A DNA stretch of 64,000 bases from an uncultured delta proteobacterium (GTDB lineage Bacteria; Desulfobacterota; Binatia; JACPRU01): assembly GCA_963745025.1 (NCBI GenBank), contig CAVUWD010000011.1, forward strand, positions 480,001-544,000, read 5' to 3'. This document shows, in pieces, positions 50,822-61,007 of this stretch (positions are counted from its first letter, which is position 1; each line of letters opens with the position of its first letter). The position numbers and the translations under genes were made by a program. The notes beneath the pieces were generated by a model, which saw only the letters and a list, made by a program, of their open reading frames with translations, was not told the DNA's origin and made no database searches.

Positions 50822-51580
50822 ATGAGACAGCCGAATCGGGTGTTCACGAAGGAGGAGTTGGCCGAGCTCGCGAAGGACTTCACCGGCCTCGCCATGGAGG
50901 CGCTGGAGGCGGGTGACGTCGAGAAGGCGAAGCACTGGCTGCGTCGCCACGACGAAACCAAGGATATCCTCCACGATCTCTACCTTCACTGGGTTACCGC
51001 GCTTCTCTCTCACATTTACGACCGCTGGGGCGAAGACGAGGCCGTGCGGGCGGTCCGCGACAGCGGGCGGAACTTCTCCTTGCCGCTGCTCAAACAGAAG
51101 ACGGCGCTGATCCGCGAGAAGGGAATCCGCGCCTGGGTCGAGTGCGTCGTCGACATCTGGCGCCAGCATTCGATGTATCCCGGGATGACCCTCGAGGAAG
51201 ACGACGAGAAGTTCGTCTTCACGCTGAATCCGTGTGGCAGCGGCGGCCGGCTGATCAACATGGGCGCCTACGAGGGCCCCTTCGCTTACCGCAAGCTGCA
51301 GAAGGCCGGACCGCACACGTGGGGAGAAAAGGACTTGCCGATCTACTGCGCCCATTGTCCATGGGTGCACGAGATCTTCCCGCTCGCCGAGGGGGGCGAG
51401 GGGGCGCAATTCTGGGTGCACGCGTCTCCCTTCCCGAAGAAGCCCGGCGATCCCTGCATCCATCACGTCTACAAGGACCCGAAGAAGATTCCGGACCGCT
51501 ACTACGATCGCATCCAGATGACCCGCGAACCGAAGCAGATGCCGCGGACCTACGGCCTCGAGCCGGAGCGACCGAAGTAG
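50822..51580 (+). CDS. Conserved hypothetical protein with Cys/His motifs (V4R/ATC-hydrolase-like)
   Basis: GAGGAGG RBS; PCGSGG, YCAHC and PC motifs. Confidence 0.7.
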   Translation: MRQPNRVFTKEELAELAKDFTGLAMEALEAGDVEKAKHWLRRHDETKDILHDLYLHWVTALLSHIYDRWGEDEAVRAVRDSGRNFSLPLLKQKTALIREKGIRAWVECVVDIWRQHSMYPGMTLEEDDEKFVFTLNPCGSGGRLINMGAYEGPFAYRKLQKAGPHTWGEKDLPIYCAHCPWVHEIFPLAEGGEGAQFWVHASPFPKKPGDPCIHHVYKDPKKIPDRYYDRIQMTREPKQMPRTYGLEPERPK

Positions 51581-51588
51581 GAGACGCG

Positions 51589-52353
51589 ATGGCGTGCGCG
51601 CTGATCACCGGGGGCAGTCGCGGGATGGGGCGCGCCACGGCGCGCAAGTTCGCCCGCGAGGGCCACGACGTCGCCATCACGTATCGGACTCGCCGCGACG
51701 AGGCGGAAGAAGTGGTTCACGCGATCGAGGCGCTCGGCCGGCGCGGCCTCGCGGTGGCGATGGACGTCGGCGATCGAGCCGCCATCGAGCGCGCCTTCAC
51801 GCAGGTCGAGGAGCAGCTCGGCAAGATCACTCATCTCTTCGCCAACGCGGCCCTATTCCCGGGGCTCCGTCCAATCTCCGATCAAACCTGGGAAGGCTGG
51901 GAACGGCTCCTCGCCGTCAACGTCATCGGCCAGTGGTGCTGCGCGAAGCTCGCGATCGCGAGCATGCTGCGGCACGGCGGGGGCGGGGCGGTGCTCTATA
52001 ACTCGTCGATCAGCGGGGTCATGACCTTTCCGCTGGCTTCGGACTATGCCGCCTCGAAGCATGCGGTGGTCGGCATGGCCAAGGCGCAGGCGCTCGAGTT
52101 CGCCCGCCACGGGATCCGCGTCAACGTGCTCTGCCCGGGCTTCTTCCGCACCGACATGTACGAGGAGAGCTACGGCGCCGCGACCGATCAGTTGACGGGG
52201 AGCGTGATTCCCGCCGAGCGGATCGGCGATCCCGAGGAGATCGCCGCGCTCGCCTATTGGCTCCTGGTCGAGGGAACGTACTGCAACGGCTCGATCGTGG
52301 TCGCCGATGGCGGCATCACCGCCGGCCCCAAGCTGCAGCAACCTCCGGCCTGA
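51589..52353 (+). CDS. Short-chain dehydrogenase/reductase
   Basis: TGGSRGMG, YAASK, IRVN..PG and DGG motifs. Confidence 0.9.
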   Translation: MACALITGGSRGMGRATARKFAREGHDVAITYRTRRDEAEEVVHAIEALGRRGLAVAMDVGDRAAIERAFTQVEEQLGKITHLFANAALFPGLRPISDQTWEGWERLLAVNVIGQWCCAKLAIASMLRHGGGGAVLYNSSISGVMTFPLASDYAASKHAVVGMAKAQALEFARHGIRVNVLCPGFFRTDMYEESYGAATDQLTGSVIPAERIGDPEEIAALAYWLLVEGTYCNGSIVVADGGITAGPKLQQPPA

Positions 52354-52450
52354 CGCCCGTCGCCACGCGGCTGCGCGAATCCGTGGGCGCTCAGACAAGA
52401 GGCCCGCCGATTCGCGGCGGGGTGGCGATTCCGGAGCTGATTTGAAACAA

Positions 52451-52534
52451 CGGTTACCGGCTACCGGCTGCCGACTACCGCAAGAGACTTCGTGACGTTT
52501 ATGCCGGTAGCCGGTAGCGGGTAGCCGGTAGCCG
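52451..52534. repeat. Inverted heptamer arrays (CGGCTAC)4...(GTAGCCG)4
   Basis: Read directly from the sequence; related arrays at 61008-61042 and 61277-61299. Confidence 0.75.
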
Positions 52535-52549
52535 AAGGAGGTACCGCAC

Positions 52550-53443
52550 ATGCATACCATCGAGACCATCGGCGTCATCGGCGCGGGGCAGCAGGGACGT
52601 GGGATCGCGCAGCTCGCGGCGACGAGCGGCTATCAAGTGAGGCTCGTCGACATAGATCTCTCGCGTGCTCAGCGGGGCCGCGAGCGCGTCGCGCAAGACC
52701 TTGCCCGCCTCGCCGTACGGCGCAAGATCAGCGGCGACGAGGCCGACCGGATCCTCGAGCGCATTCGTGCCGAGCCCGGGCTCGCCGCTCTCGCCGATTG
52801 CGATTTCGTGGTCGAGGCCGTGACGGAGGACGTGGCGCTCAAGCAGCGCATCTTCCGGGATCTCGATGACATCCTGCGCGCGAACACGATCCTCGCTAGC
52901 AACACCTCGAGCATTTCGCTCACCAAGCTCGCGGCGGCCACCGAAAGACCCGATCGCGTGATCGGCCTGCACTTCATGCATCCCGTGCCGGCCATGAAGC
53001 TGGTCGAGATCGTGCGCGCGCTGCAGACGAGCGACGAGACCTATGAGACGACCTGCGACCTCGCGCGCCGGCTCGGCAAGACGATCATCACCACCAAGGA
53101 CATGCCGGCGTTCATCGTCAACCGGCTGCTCATCCCGCAGCTGAACGAGGCGTGCTTCGCGCTGACCGAAGGCCTCGGGACGGTCGAAGAGATCGATCTC
53201 GCGGTGCGACTCGGCCTCAACCACCCGATGGGTCCCTTCGAGCTCGCCGATCTGCTCGGCCTCGACACGGTGCTGACCATCGCCGAGGTTCTGCAGAAGG
53301 AGTTCGGCGACGACAAGTACCGGCCGCCGACGATTCTCCGCAATTACGTGGCGGCCGGCTGGCTCGGGCGAAAGACCGACCGTGGCTTCTACCGATACGA
53401 GGACGAGCAAAGCCAACCGGCCTCCGAAAGGAGACTGAAGTGA
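52550..53443 (+). CDS. 3-hydroxybutyryl-CoA/3-hydroxyacyl-CoA dehydrogenase
   Basis: GVIGAGQQG, EAVTE, ASNTSS, GLHF, FIVNR and HPMGP..DL.GLD motifs. Confidence 0.9.
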   Translation: MHTIETIGVIGAGQQGRGIAQLAATSGYQVRLVDIDLSRAQRGRERVAQDLARLAVRRKISGDEADRILERIRAEPGLAALADCDFVVEAVTEDVALKQRIFRDLDDILRANTILASNTSSISLTKLAAATERPDRVIGLHFMHPVPAMKLVEIVRALQTSDETYETTCDLARRLGKTIITTKDMPAFIVNRLLIPQLNEACFALTEGLGTVEEIDLAVRLGLNHPMGPFELADLLGLDTVLTIAEVLQKEFGDDKYRPPTILRNYVAAGWLGRKTDRGFYRYEDEQSQPASERRLK

Positions 53444-53486
53444 CGAATTCCCGGAAGGTCGTCGTTTCGGGGGCGAGCGGTCATAC

Positions 53487-54761
53487 CTAGAGGGCGTTGG
53501 CGGCGATCACGTCGCGGTAGACGAACGCGGTCGGACGCGGCCGGCGCTCGAGGGTTCTCCGGTCGACGGCGACGAGGCCGAAGTGTCGGGCGTAGCCCTC
53601 GGCCCACTCGAAGTTGTCCATCAGCGACCAATAGAAAAAGCCCCGCACGTCGACTCCGTCCCGAACCGCGCGCGCGACCTCTTCGAGATGGGCGCGCAGG
53701 TGTCGGGTTCGTGCGTCGTCGTCTAGCGTGGCCATGCCGCTCTCGGTGACGTAGACCGGCTTACCGAGTGTCTTCAGGCGGACGAGATTTCGATACAGAC
53801 CCTCGGGATAGATCTCCCAACCCATCTCATCCACGAGCCGGTCGGGCTCCGCGCGGCGGCGAGCGCCGTCGAGCACGACGTCTCCGCGGCGACCGTCGCA
53901 CAGCACGCGCATGTAGTAGTTGATGCCGACCACGTCGTAGCTCCCGAGCAGGCCGGCGATCGCCTCGCCCGCACCGACCGGCGGAGCGACGACTCCGTCG
54001 CGGAGCCCGAGCAGAAAGTATTCGTTCAGGAACCGGTCGCTCGCTTCCGCCGAGCGCCGGTCGCTCTCGCTGTCTGGGTCGAGCGGCTCGAAGTAGGGCA
54101 TCGCCAGGACCGCGCCGACCTCGATCGGGTGCCTTGCCCCTTCGTGGATCGCGCGATAGCTCGCGCCGTGGGCGAGGAGCACGTTGCGCGCCACCTGCCG
54201 CGCCCGCGCCGGGTCCTTCACGCAGGGCGGATGGATGCCCAGAAGGTAACCGAGCACTGCAACGATCATCGGCTCGTTGATCGTCCACCAGAGCTTCACG
54301 CGCTCTCCGATCTCCCGCGACGCATAGGCGGCGAACCGCGCGAGCCACGAGGACATTCGCGGGTTCTCCCATCCTCCTTCGTGCTGCGCCCAAATCGGGT
54401 TCGTGAAGTGATGCAGGGTCACGGTCGGCTCGAGCCCTCGTTCGAGCATCGAGTCGCAGAGGCGCTTATAGTGGTCGATCGCGGCGGTGTCGAAGCGATC
54501 CCGCTCCGGCTCCACCCGGCTCCATTCGATCGAAATCCTGAGCGAGCGATGACCGAGCGCGGCCGCGAGGCGGTGATCCTCGTCGAAGCGGTGGTAGTAG
54601 TCGCAGGCGATGCCCGAGACCGAGCCGTCACGGATGCGCCCGCGCGACGAGGCGTGCAGGCCCTCCTGCTCCCACTCCCACCAGTGGTTGCGATCGCAAT
54701 TGCCTTCGACCTGATGCGCGCTGGTTGCCGAGCCCCAGAGGAATCCCTTGGGGAAGATCAC
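53487..54761 (-). CDS. Glycoside hydrolase family 1 beta-glucosidase
   Basis: FPKGFLWGSATSAHQVEG, TINEP, VTESG and WSLMDNFEWAEG motifs; GTGA overlap with opgH. Confidence 0.9.
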   Translation of the reverse strand: MIFPKGFLWGSATSAHQVEGNCDRNHWWEWEQEGLHASSRGRIRDGSVSGIACDYYHRFDEDHRLAAALGHRSLRISIEWSRVEPERDRFDTAAIDHYKRLCDSMLERGLEPTVTLHHFTNPIWAQHEGGWENPRMSSWLARFAAYASREIGERVKLWWTINEPMIVAVLGYLLGIHPPCVKDPARARQVARNVLLAHGASYRAIHEGARHPIEVGAVLAMPYFEPLDPDSESDRRSAEASDRFLNEYFLLGLRDGVVAPPVGAGEAIAGLLGSYDVVGINYYMRVLCDGRRGDVVLDGARRRAEPDRLVDEMGWEIYPEGLYRNLVRLKTLGKPVYVTESGMATLDDDARTRHLRAHLEEVARAVRDGVDVRGFFYWSLMDNFEWAEGYARHFGLVAVDRRTLERRPRPTAFVYRDVIAANAL

Positions 54762-57364
54762 GGCGCCGCCCCCGGCCTTCCCCAGCGGTGGGCTCGTTCT
54801 CCGTTCGGGAGCTCCCAGACCCGCCGGTGGAGCTCGTCCACTCGCTCCGGATCGAGCAAGAGAACCCGCCTCTCCTTCGGCGCCAGAGCGCCCGGCCCGG
54901 CCAAGAGAGCCCGCTCGACGAGCGTGCGACGCCTCTCGCGGATCGACGGCTTCAGCGAGCGGGGGCCGCGGAGGAGCCAGCGATGGAGCGCGTTGACGTA
55001 AGGATCGACGATCGCTCGCACGAACCCATCGCGCTCCTCCGGGACGAGATCGTGCTCCTTCTGCCGAACCGTCGCCAGGCACGCTTCGAGCTCGAGGATC
55101 TCGCGCGGGGGCGCGATCTCCTCGGGGGTCGCGAACAGGCGGGCGCGGCACGCGAACTGGCCGATCCATACGCGACTCACCAGCACCGAGAGCGGAACGG
55201 AGAGGATCAGCGCACCGATAATCGGCGTGAGCCACCAGAAATACTCGGGGCTCAGGAAGTACATACCGCCACCCCACGCGGACGCGAAGAGCGTCATCAG
55301 GCCGTGATAGCGGATCGCCTCGCCCCAGCTGGTCTCGTGCTCCCCTCTCGGCGGGGAGCGCCAGACGACGATTCGGCCGATCAGGTTGGTCAGCACGAAC
55401 TTCGTGTGGAACAGCATGCGGATCGGCGCGAATAGGCTCGAAGCGAGAAACTCGAGGACGACGCTCGCGAGAAAGCGGATGACTCCTCCGAAGCGGCGGG
55501 CGTCGCCGCGGAAGAAGACGAGCACGGCGCTCAGCATTTTCGGCAGGAAGAGGATCGCCAAAGTCACGGTGAAGAGCGCGATCGCCCAGTCGGGCCGCCA
55601 GATCGGCCATTGCGGGAAGAGGCTCGGCCCCGACGGGAAGTAGTCGGGCTCGCGGAGCACTCGCACGATCACCTCCGCGGTGCTGAGGCTCAGGAAGCAG
55701 AACCAGAGCAGCGCCGAGACGTAGGCGAACACGCCGTTCAGAAACAGCGCGCGGTGCACGTGAAACAGCCCTTCGACGAACACCAACCGCAGATGCTGGA
55801 AGTTGCCCTGGCACCAACGGCGATCGCGACGAAGGTCCTCGAGAAGCGACGAGGGGAGCTCCTCGTAGCTCCCACCGAGATCGTAGGCGAGCCAGATTGA
55901 ATAGCCCGCGCGCCCGAGCATCGCCGCCTCCACGAAATCGTGGCTGAGGATCTCGCCGCCGAGCGGCGGCTTGCCCGGCAGGCGGGGAAGGCTGCAATGC
56001 TTCATGAACGGCGCCAGCCTGAGGATCGCGTTGTGCCCCCAGTACTGCGCATCGCCGAGCTCCCAGAAGTGCATGCCGGTCGCGAACAGCGGGCCGTACA
56101 CGCGGTTGGCAAACTGCTGGATTCGCGCGTAGAGCGAGCGCGCATGGATCGCGACCGGCGCCGTCTGGATGAGGCCCACGGCGGGGTTCGCCTCCATCAG
56201 GCTCGCCAGGCGGACGATCGTCTCGCCGCTCATCAAGCTATCGGCATCGAGCGTGATCACGTAGCGATAGCGGCGGCCGAACCGCCGACAGAAGTCGGCG
56301 ATGTTTCCGCTCTTGCGCTTCACCCGCACCCGTCGCCGCCGGTAGAAGATCCGGCCGAAGCCCTGGACCGCACGGCACCAGTCGAGCCAGGCTTCCTCCT
56401 CTTTCACCCACGTCTTGGGATCGGCCGTGTCGCTCAGCACGAAGAAGTCGAATGCGTGGAGTGCGCCTGTCCGACCGAGCGAGCGGTACATCGTCTGCAA
56501 GCCGGCGAACACCCGATCGACCGGCTCGTCGGCGATCGGCATCACGATCGCCGTGCGCGCCCGACGATCGAGCTCCGGCGGAGCCTCGTCGAGCGACCCG
56601 GCGATGCGAAACCGGTCGCGCCGGGAGAGCAGGATCACGAACCCGGCGAGCGCCGTCCAGAAGCCGATCGAGATCCAGCCGAACAGAGCTCCGAAAAAGA
56701 TCACGATGCCGCCTTCGAGAAACGTCCGGCCCTGGTAGGGCAGAACCTGGAGCATGAAGCCGCTGGCAATGACGGTCGGGATCAGTACCAGCAGCAACAG
56801 AAGCGCGCGCCGGCGAAACGCGACCCGCACCCAGCGCAAGCGAAGCCGCATCGCGCGCACGGCGCGCGGGACACGACCGCCGTTGTCGGCCGGCGCAGGG
56901 CCACTGCGCTCTGCCCTTTTGGTCGCGATCAGCCGTCGGCGGAGACCCCGCCGCTGAATCCGGTGCGGCTCCATCGATCGTCGGGCGAGCGCCGGCATCG
57001 GCGGCGGAGCGACGCCCTTGCCGAACAGGCGAGCCAGACGCCAGTCGAGAAAGCTTCGCTCGTGGAAGGGCTCCCGCCCCCCGACGATCTCGTCGCGAAG
57101 GGTCCGGAAGGTCTCCGAGTAGGCGTCGCCATCGGCGGGCCACTCCGGAGCGGAGACCGCTCCTTCCACGGAGCGCAGTGCGAGCGGTTGGTCGCTCGAC
57201 GAGCTCAAGCCGAGAGCCGAGAGGTACGCACGCCCCCGATCGTACGCCCCTTTCCAATCCTGCAGGAGCGCCGCCAGGCTGACCTCGATCCGCTGTGGGG
57301 TCGCCGGCTCCTGATATGCGGCCTTGGTGTCGACCACTGCGGGGCCCTTATCGGCGTTCCTCAC
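54758..57364 (-). CDS. opgH: Glucans biosynthesis glucosyltransferase H
   Basis: YRRR...KSGNI.DF, LDADS, YWGHNAI, LSHDFVEA and RDRRWCQGN motifs. Confidence 0.95.
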   Translation of the reverse strand: MRNADKGPAVVDTKAAYQEPATPQRIEVSLAALLQDWKGAYDRGRAYLSALGLSSSSDQPLALRSVEGAVSAPEWPADGDAYSETFRTLRDEIVGGREPFHERSFLDWRLARLFGKGVAPPPMPALARRSMEPHRIQRRGLRRRLIATKRAERSGPAPADNGGRVPRAVRAMRLRLRWVRVAFRRRALLLLLVLIPTVIASGFMLQVLPYQGRTFLEGGIVIFFGALFGWISIGFWTALAGFVILLSRRDRFRIAGSLDEAPPELDRRARTAIVMPIADEPVDRVFAGLQTMYRSLGRTGALHAFDFFVLSDTADPKTWVKEEEAWLDWCRAVQGFGRIFYRRRRVRVKRKSGNIADFCRRFGRRYRYVITLDADSLMSGETIVRLASLMEANPAVGLIQTAPVAIHARSLYARIQQFANRVYGPLFATGMHFWELGDAQYWGHNAILRLAPFMKHCSLPRLPGKPPLGGEILSHDFVEAAMLGRAGYSIWLAYDLGGSYEELPSSLLEDLRRDRRWCQGNFQHLRLVFVEGLFHVHRALFLNGVFAYVSALLWFCFLSLSTAEVIVRVLREPDYFPSGPSLFPQWPIWRPDWAIALFTVTLAILFLPKMLSAVLVFFRGDARRFGGVIRFLASVVLEFLASSLFAPIRMLFHTKFVLTNLIGRIVVWRSPPRGEHETSWGEAIRYHGLMTLFASAWGGGMYFLSPEYFWWLTPIIGALILSVPLSVLVSRVWIGQFACRARLFATPEEIAPPREILELEACLATVRQKEHDLVPEERDGFVRAIVDPYVNALHRWLLRGPRSLKPSIRERRRTLVERALLAGPGALAPKERRVLLLDPERVDELHRRVWELPNGERAHRWGRPGAAP

Positions 57365-58917
57365 GGATGTAGCGTGTACGACCAGGTCTCGGTCAACGTC
57401 TCGTCGCCCTTCTGCAGGAACGCACGCAGCTCGATCGGCTTGTTGTCCTTCGGACGAATCTGGAATCCGAGTCGCCAGCCCCCGGTGGCCGTGTTCTTCA
57501 CCACGTGCTGACCGAGGAGCTCCTCGCCGATCTCTTTCCCGGACCCCACGGTGATGACGCCGCGGACGATGGTTTCGGCAGGAAGCTCCTTCAAGCGGGC
57601 GCCCTCGAAGTCGATGATGAGCCGCTGCGCGCCTTCGACGGTGCCATGATCTCGCCGCGTGGCGACCGCTCGACCCCCCGGCGGCCGATCACGGTCATCG
57701 CGATACCAGTAGAGATCATACGCGAAGGACATCGATTCTCCCGCTTGCGGTCGTTTCTCCGGAACCCAGTAGGCGACGATGTTGTCGTTGACCTCGTTCT
57801 TGGTGGGAATCTCCACGAGCTCGACGTGCCCGTTTCCCCAATCTCCACGGGGCATCACCCACGCGCTCGGGCGCGCCTCCGAGTGGGTCTCGAGCTCCTG
57901 GTAATGATCGAAGTCGCGGTCGCGCTGCAAAAGGCCGAAGCCCTTCGGATTCGGCATGCGGAACGAGCTGACATCCAGGCTCTCCGGGTTGTCGAGCGGC
58001 CGCCACAGCCACTCCCCGGTCGGAAACCACAGCAAGAGACCATCGGAGTCGTGCACCTCGGGCCGGAAATCGTCGTATTTTTGCAGCGTGTTCTCGCCGT
58101 GGAAAAACATGCTGGTGAGCGGCGCGATGCCGACTTTGGCGATCTCTTTGCGTGCGAAGAACTTCGACTGCACCTCGACCACGGTCTGCTCGCCGGGCCG
58201 GATCGAGAACCGGTAGGCACCGGTGATCCGCGCGCTGTCGAGAAGCGCGTAGACGACCATCTCGGTCGCGTCGACCGCCGGCCGAACCAGCCAGAACTCC
58301 TTGAAGTAGGGGAACTCCTCGCCCGACGGTAGCGCGGTGTCGACCGCCAGTCCGCGGGCGGACAAGCCGAACGCGAGGTCCTTGCCGAGGGCGCGGAAGT
58401 AGCTCCCGCCGACGAAGACGATGACCTCGTCGCGGTAGTCGGGCCGGTTGATCGGGTAGTGGACGCGGAAGCCGGCGTAACCCAGATTCTGCGGCACGCG
58501 GCTCGCGAAGTCGTTCTTCCCGTAGTCGAATTGGCTCGGCGAAAACGGAACCTGGTGTACCCCCCGGTCGTCGACTACGTTGATCCCGACGACGCGATCA
58601 TAATAGAGCCCGGGATGGAAGAACTGCACGGTGAAGCGCTGCTTGCCGTCGAACCACAGCGATCGGTCGGGCCGGAAGCGGATGTCCCGCCACTGGTCGT
58701 AGCTCACGTCGAGAAGCCACTTCGGCACGGTGCCGGCGGGGTCCTTGAAGGGCGCCTTGGCAAGCTCTTCCGCAAAGGCGACGACACGATTCATGTCGAA
58801 GGCCGCAAAGGCGTTCGTGACCGGGCCGCAGAGGAGCGCGAGCACGGCGAGAAACGGGATTCCGAATGGTTGGTGGCCGGGAGAGGCGTCCATGTCGAAG
58901 GGCCCTGGATACTTCAT
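57361..58917 (-). CDS. opgG: Periplasmic glucan biosynthesis protein G/D (GH186)
   Basis: IRFRP, GSYFRA, GLSARGLA, EEFP.F, DFRPEVHDSDGL, DNIVAYW and ETWSY motifs; start 58917 or 58893. Confidence 0.9.
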   Translation of the reverse strand: MKYPGPFDMDASPGHQPFGIPFLAVLALLCGPVTNAFAAFDMNRVVAFAEELAKAPFKDPAGTVPKWLLDVSYDQWRDIRFRPDRSLWFDGKQRFTVQFFHPGLYYDRVVGINVVDDRGVHQVPFSPSQFDYGKNDFASRVPQNLGYAGFRVHYPINRPDYRDEVIVFVGGSYFRALGKDLAFGLSARGLAVDTALPSGEEFPYFKEFWLVRPAVDATEMVVYALLDSARITGAYRFSIRPGEQTVVEVQSKFFARKEIAKVGIAPLTSMFFHGENTLQKYDDFRPEVHDSDGLLLWFPTGEWLWRPLDNPESLDVSSFRMPNPKGFGLLQRDRDFDHYQELETHSEARPSAWVMPRGDWGNGHVELVEIPTKNEVNDNIVAYWVPEKRPQAGESMSFAYDLYWYRDDRDRPPGGRAVATRRDHGTVEGAQRLIIDFEGARLKELPAETIVRGVITVGSGKEIGEELLGQHVVKNTATGGWRLGFQIRPKDNKPIELRAFLQKGDETLTETWSYTLHP

Positions 58918-58952
58918 TTGCAAGCGAAGGTCATCTCGATAAGGAGGGGGGG

Positions 58953-61004
58953 GTGGCTCGCTCGGTCCGGCGTGGGTTGGTGGCGGTTTGGCTTGGGCTT
59001 GCGTGCGCAGGGTTGGCAGAGGGCAACCGCACCGTGGCCGCGCCCCGGGTGGCGGTGCTGAAGAGGCTCGTGCTCGACGATTTCGAGGCGGCGCCCGGGG
59101 AGCGCAGCTACGGCACCCTCGATCAGACTCTCCCGGCAAAGTCACGCGGCCGCATCCAGTGGAAACGGGAACGTTGCCGACGCTCACGCGCAGAAGGTCA
59201 GTGCATGCGAATCGAGTACGAGTTCGGTGCCGAAAACCCGATGAAGGCGAGCTTCGCGATCGACCTCGGTAATCTCGACGCCTCTGCGTACGACCACGTG
59301 GAGTTCTGGATCAAGGGCGACGAGGAGCGGGGTTACGGTCCGGCGCTGAAGATCGGCTTCCGGCGCCCGAAGGCGGGCGAGCCCCGGCTCGTGCAGGATG
59401 GCACCGCCGTGATCACGGGAATCACGGGAAGATGGCGGCGGATCGTCGTGCCGCTCAACCGCATGGCGGGAATCGAGGAGTGGAAGCATCTTCGCGCGTT
59501 CTTCGTCGCGCTCGAATCGCGACGGGCGGGGGCCGCGCGGCGCGGCGCCTATACGATCGACGACGTCGCGCTCTTGAAGCTCGGAGGGCCCGGTCCGACG
59601 ATCGCCGACAAGGTCGTGCCGCGGAAGAAAGAAGCGTGGGAGGCCGCCGTCGGAGGGCCTTCGGCAGCGAGCCGTTTGGTGCAGAAGCGGCTCACGGGGT
59701 GGCCGCAGCGCCTGCTTACCGACCGCACCACGCTTCCCGGCACAAATCGCGAATTCGTCGAGCGGCTGGCGCGCGATACGTGGCGCGGCATCGAAGCGCT
59801 GACCGACCGCGACAACCACCTGCCGGTTGATCACGTGACGCTGTCGCGATCCCTCGAGCCGCCGCATTCCGAGGTCGCCGACTATACGAACATCACCAAC
59901 GTCGGCCTTCACCTGATCGCCATCGCGGCCGCTCACGAGCTCGGCTTCGTCCCCGCGGACGAAGCGACCCGGCGGATCGGTGAGGTCCTCGACACGCTCG
60001 GCGAGCTCGAGACCTACGAAGGGTTCTTCTTCAACTACTACGACACGACCTCGCTCGAGCGAACGAGCAACTTCATCTCGTTCGTCGATTCCTCTTGGCT
60101 GACGGCCGGGCTCATGGTCGTGCGGTCGACGTTTCCCGCTCTTCGCGATCGAGCGAGCGAGATCATCGATCGCCAGAACTACGCCTTCTTCTACGACGAC
60201 GTGGCCCAGCAGATGTCTCACGGCTATTACGTCAACGTGCCGACGCGATCGGAGTACCACTACGGCCTCCTCTACACCGAGCCGCGGCTCGGCAGCCTGA
60301 TCGCGATCGGCAAGGGCGACGTACCGGAAGACCATTGGTTCGCTCTCGTCCGCGCCTACCCGCCGGAGGCCGACTGGCAGACGCAGCGGCCGCTCGGCTG
60401 GCGAACCGAGATCGTTCGCGGCCACACCGTCGACGAGGGCTACTACGAGTGGAAGGGCTCGAGATTCGTGCCCTCGTGGGGCGGCAGCATGTTCGAGGCG
60501 CTCATGCCAACGCTCGTGCTCGACGAGCAGCGCTACGCAGCGAAGAGCCTCGGCCGAAACGACGAGATCCATGCCGCCGTGCAACGTCGCTACGCGACCG
60601 AAGACCTCGGATATCCCGTGTGGGGCCTCTCGCCGAGCGCGGATCCGTCCGGCAAGGGATACGGCGAGTACGGCGTCAAGGTGCTCGGCTCGCTCGGCTA
60701 CGGGCCCGGCGCCGTCGCGCCCTATGCCGGCGCGCTGGCGCTCCTGGTGATGCCGGAGGAAGCGGCGGCGAATCTCCGCGAGCTCGCACAGCGGTACGAC
60801 GTCTACGGCGAATACGGCTTTTACGACTCGCTGGATCCGCATTCGGGAACGGTCGCCCACCAGTATCTCGCCCTCGATCAGTCGATGATCTTGATCTCCG
60901 CGGCGAACAGCCTGAAAGATCATTGCCTCCAGAAGCGCTTCGCCGCCGACCCGATCGCCGAGCGCGCGCTGTCGATCATCGGGGATGAAAGTTTCTTCGA
61001 ATGA
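58953..61004 (+). CDS. Secreted glucoamylase-like/DUF3131 (SGL-clan beta-1,2-glucan-active) enzyme with an N-terminal CBM-like domain
   Basis: AAGGAGG RBS; TNITNVG, FVDS.WL, EPRL.S, SWGGSMFEALMP, WGLS, YGFYDS and LDQ.M motifs. Confidence 0.75.
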   Translation: MARSVRRGLVAVWLGLACAGLAEGNRTVAAPRVAVLKRLVLDDFEAAPGERSYGTLDQTLPAKSRGRIQWKRERCRRSRAEGQCMRIEYEFGAENPMKASFAIDLGNLDASAYDHVEFWIKGDEERGYGPALKIGFRRPKAGEPRLVQDGTAVITGITGRWRRIVVPLNRMAGIEEWKHLRAFFVALESRRAGAARRGAYTIDDVALLKLGGPGPTIADKVVPRKKEAWEAAVGGPSAASRLVQKRLTGWPQRLLTDRTTLPGTNREFVERLARDTWRGIEALTDRDNHLPVDHVTLSRSLEPPHSEVADYTNITNVGLHLIAIAAAHELGFVPADEATRRIGEVLDTLGELETYEGFFFNYYDTTSLERTSNFISFVDSSWLTAGLMVVRSTFPALRDRASEIIDRQNYAFFYDDVAQQMSHGYYVNVPTRSEYHYGLLYTEPRLGSLIAIGKGDVPEDHWFALVRAYPPEADWQTQRPLGWRTEIVRGHTVDEGYYEWKGSRFVPSWGGSMFEALMPTLVLDEQRYAAKSLGRNDEIHAAVQRRYATEDLGYPVWGLSPSADPSGKGYGEYGVKVLGSLGYGPGAVAPYAGALALLVMPEEAAANLRELAQRYDVYGEYGFYDSLDPHSGTVAHQYLALDQSMILISAANSLKDHCLQKRFAADPIAERALSIIGDESFFE

Positions 61005-61007
61005 AAA

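Noticed and set aside
58946-58953. G8 tract as a phase-variation switch
   Set aside because: Short, lies between RBS and start codon, and is unremarkable at this GC content.
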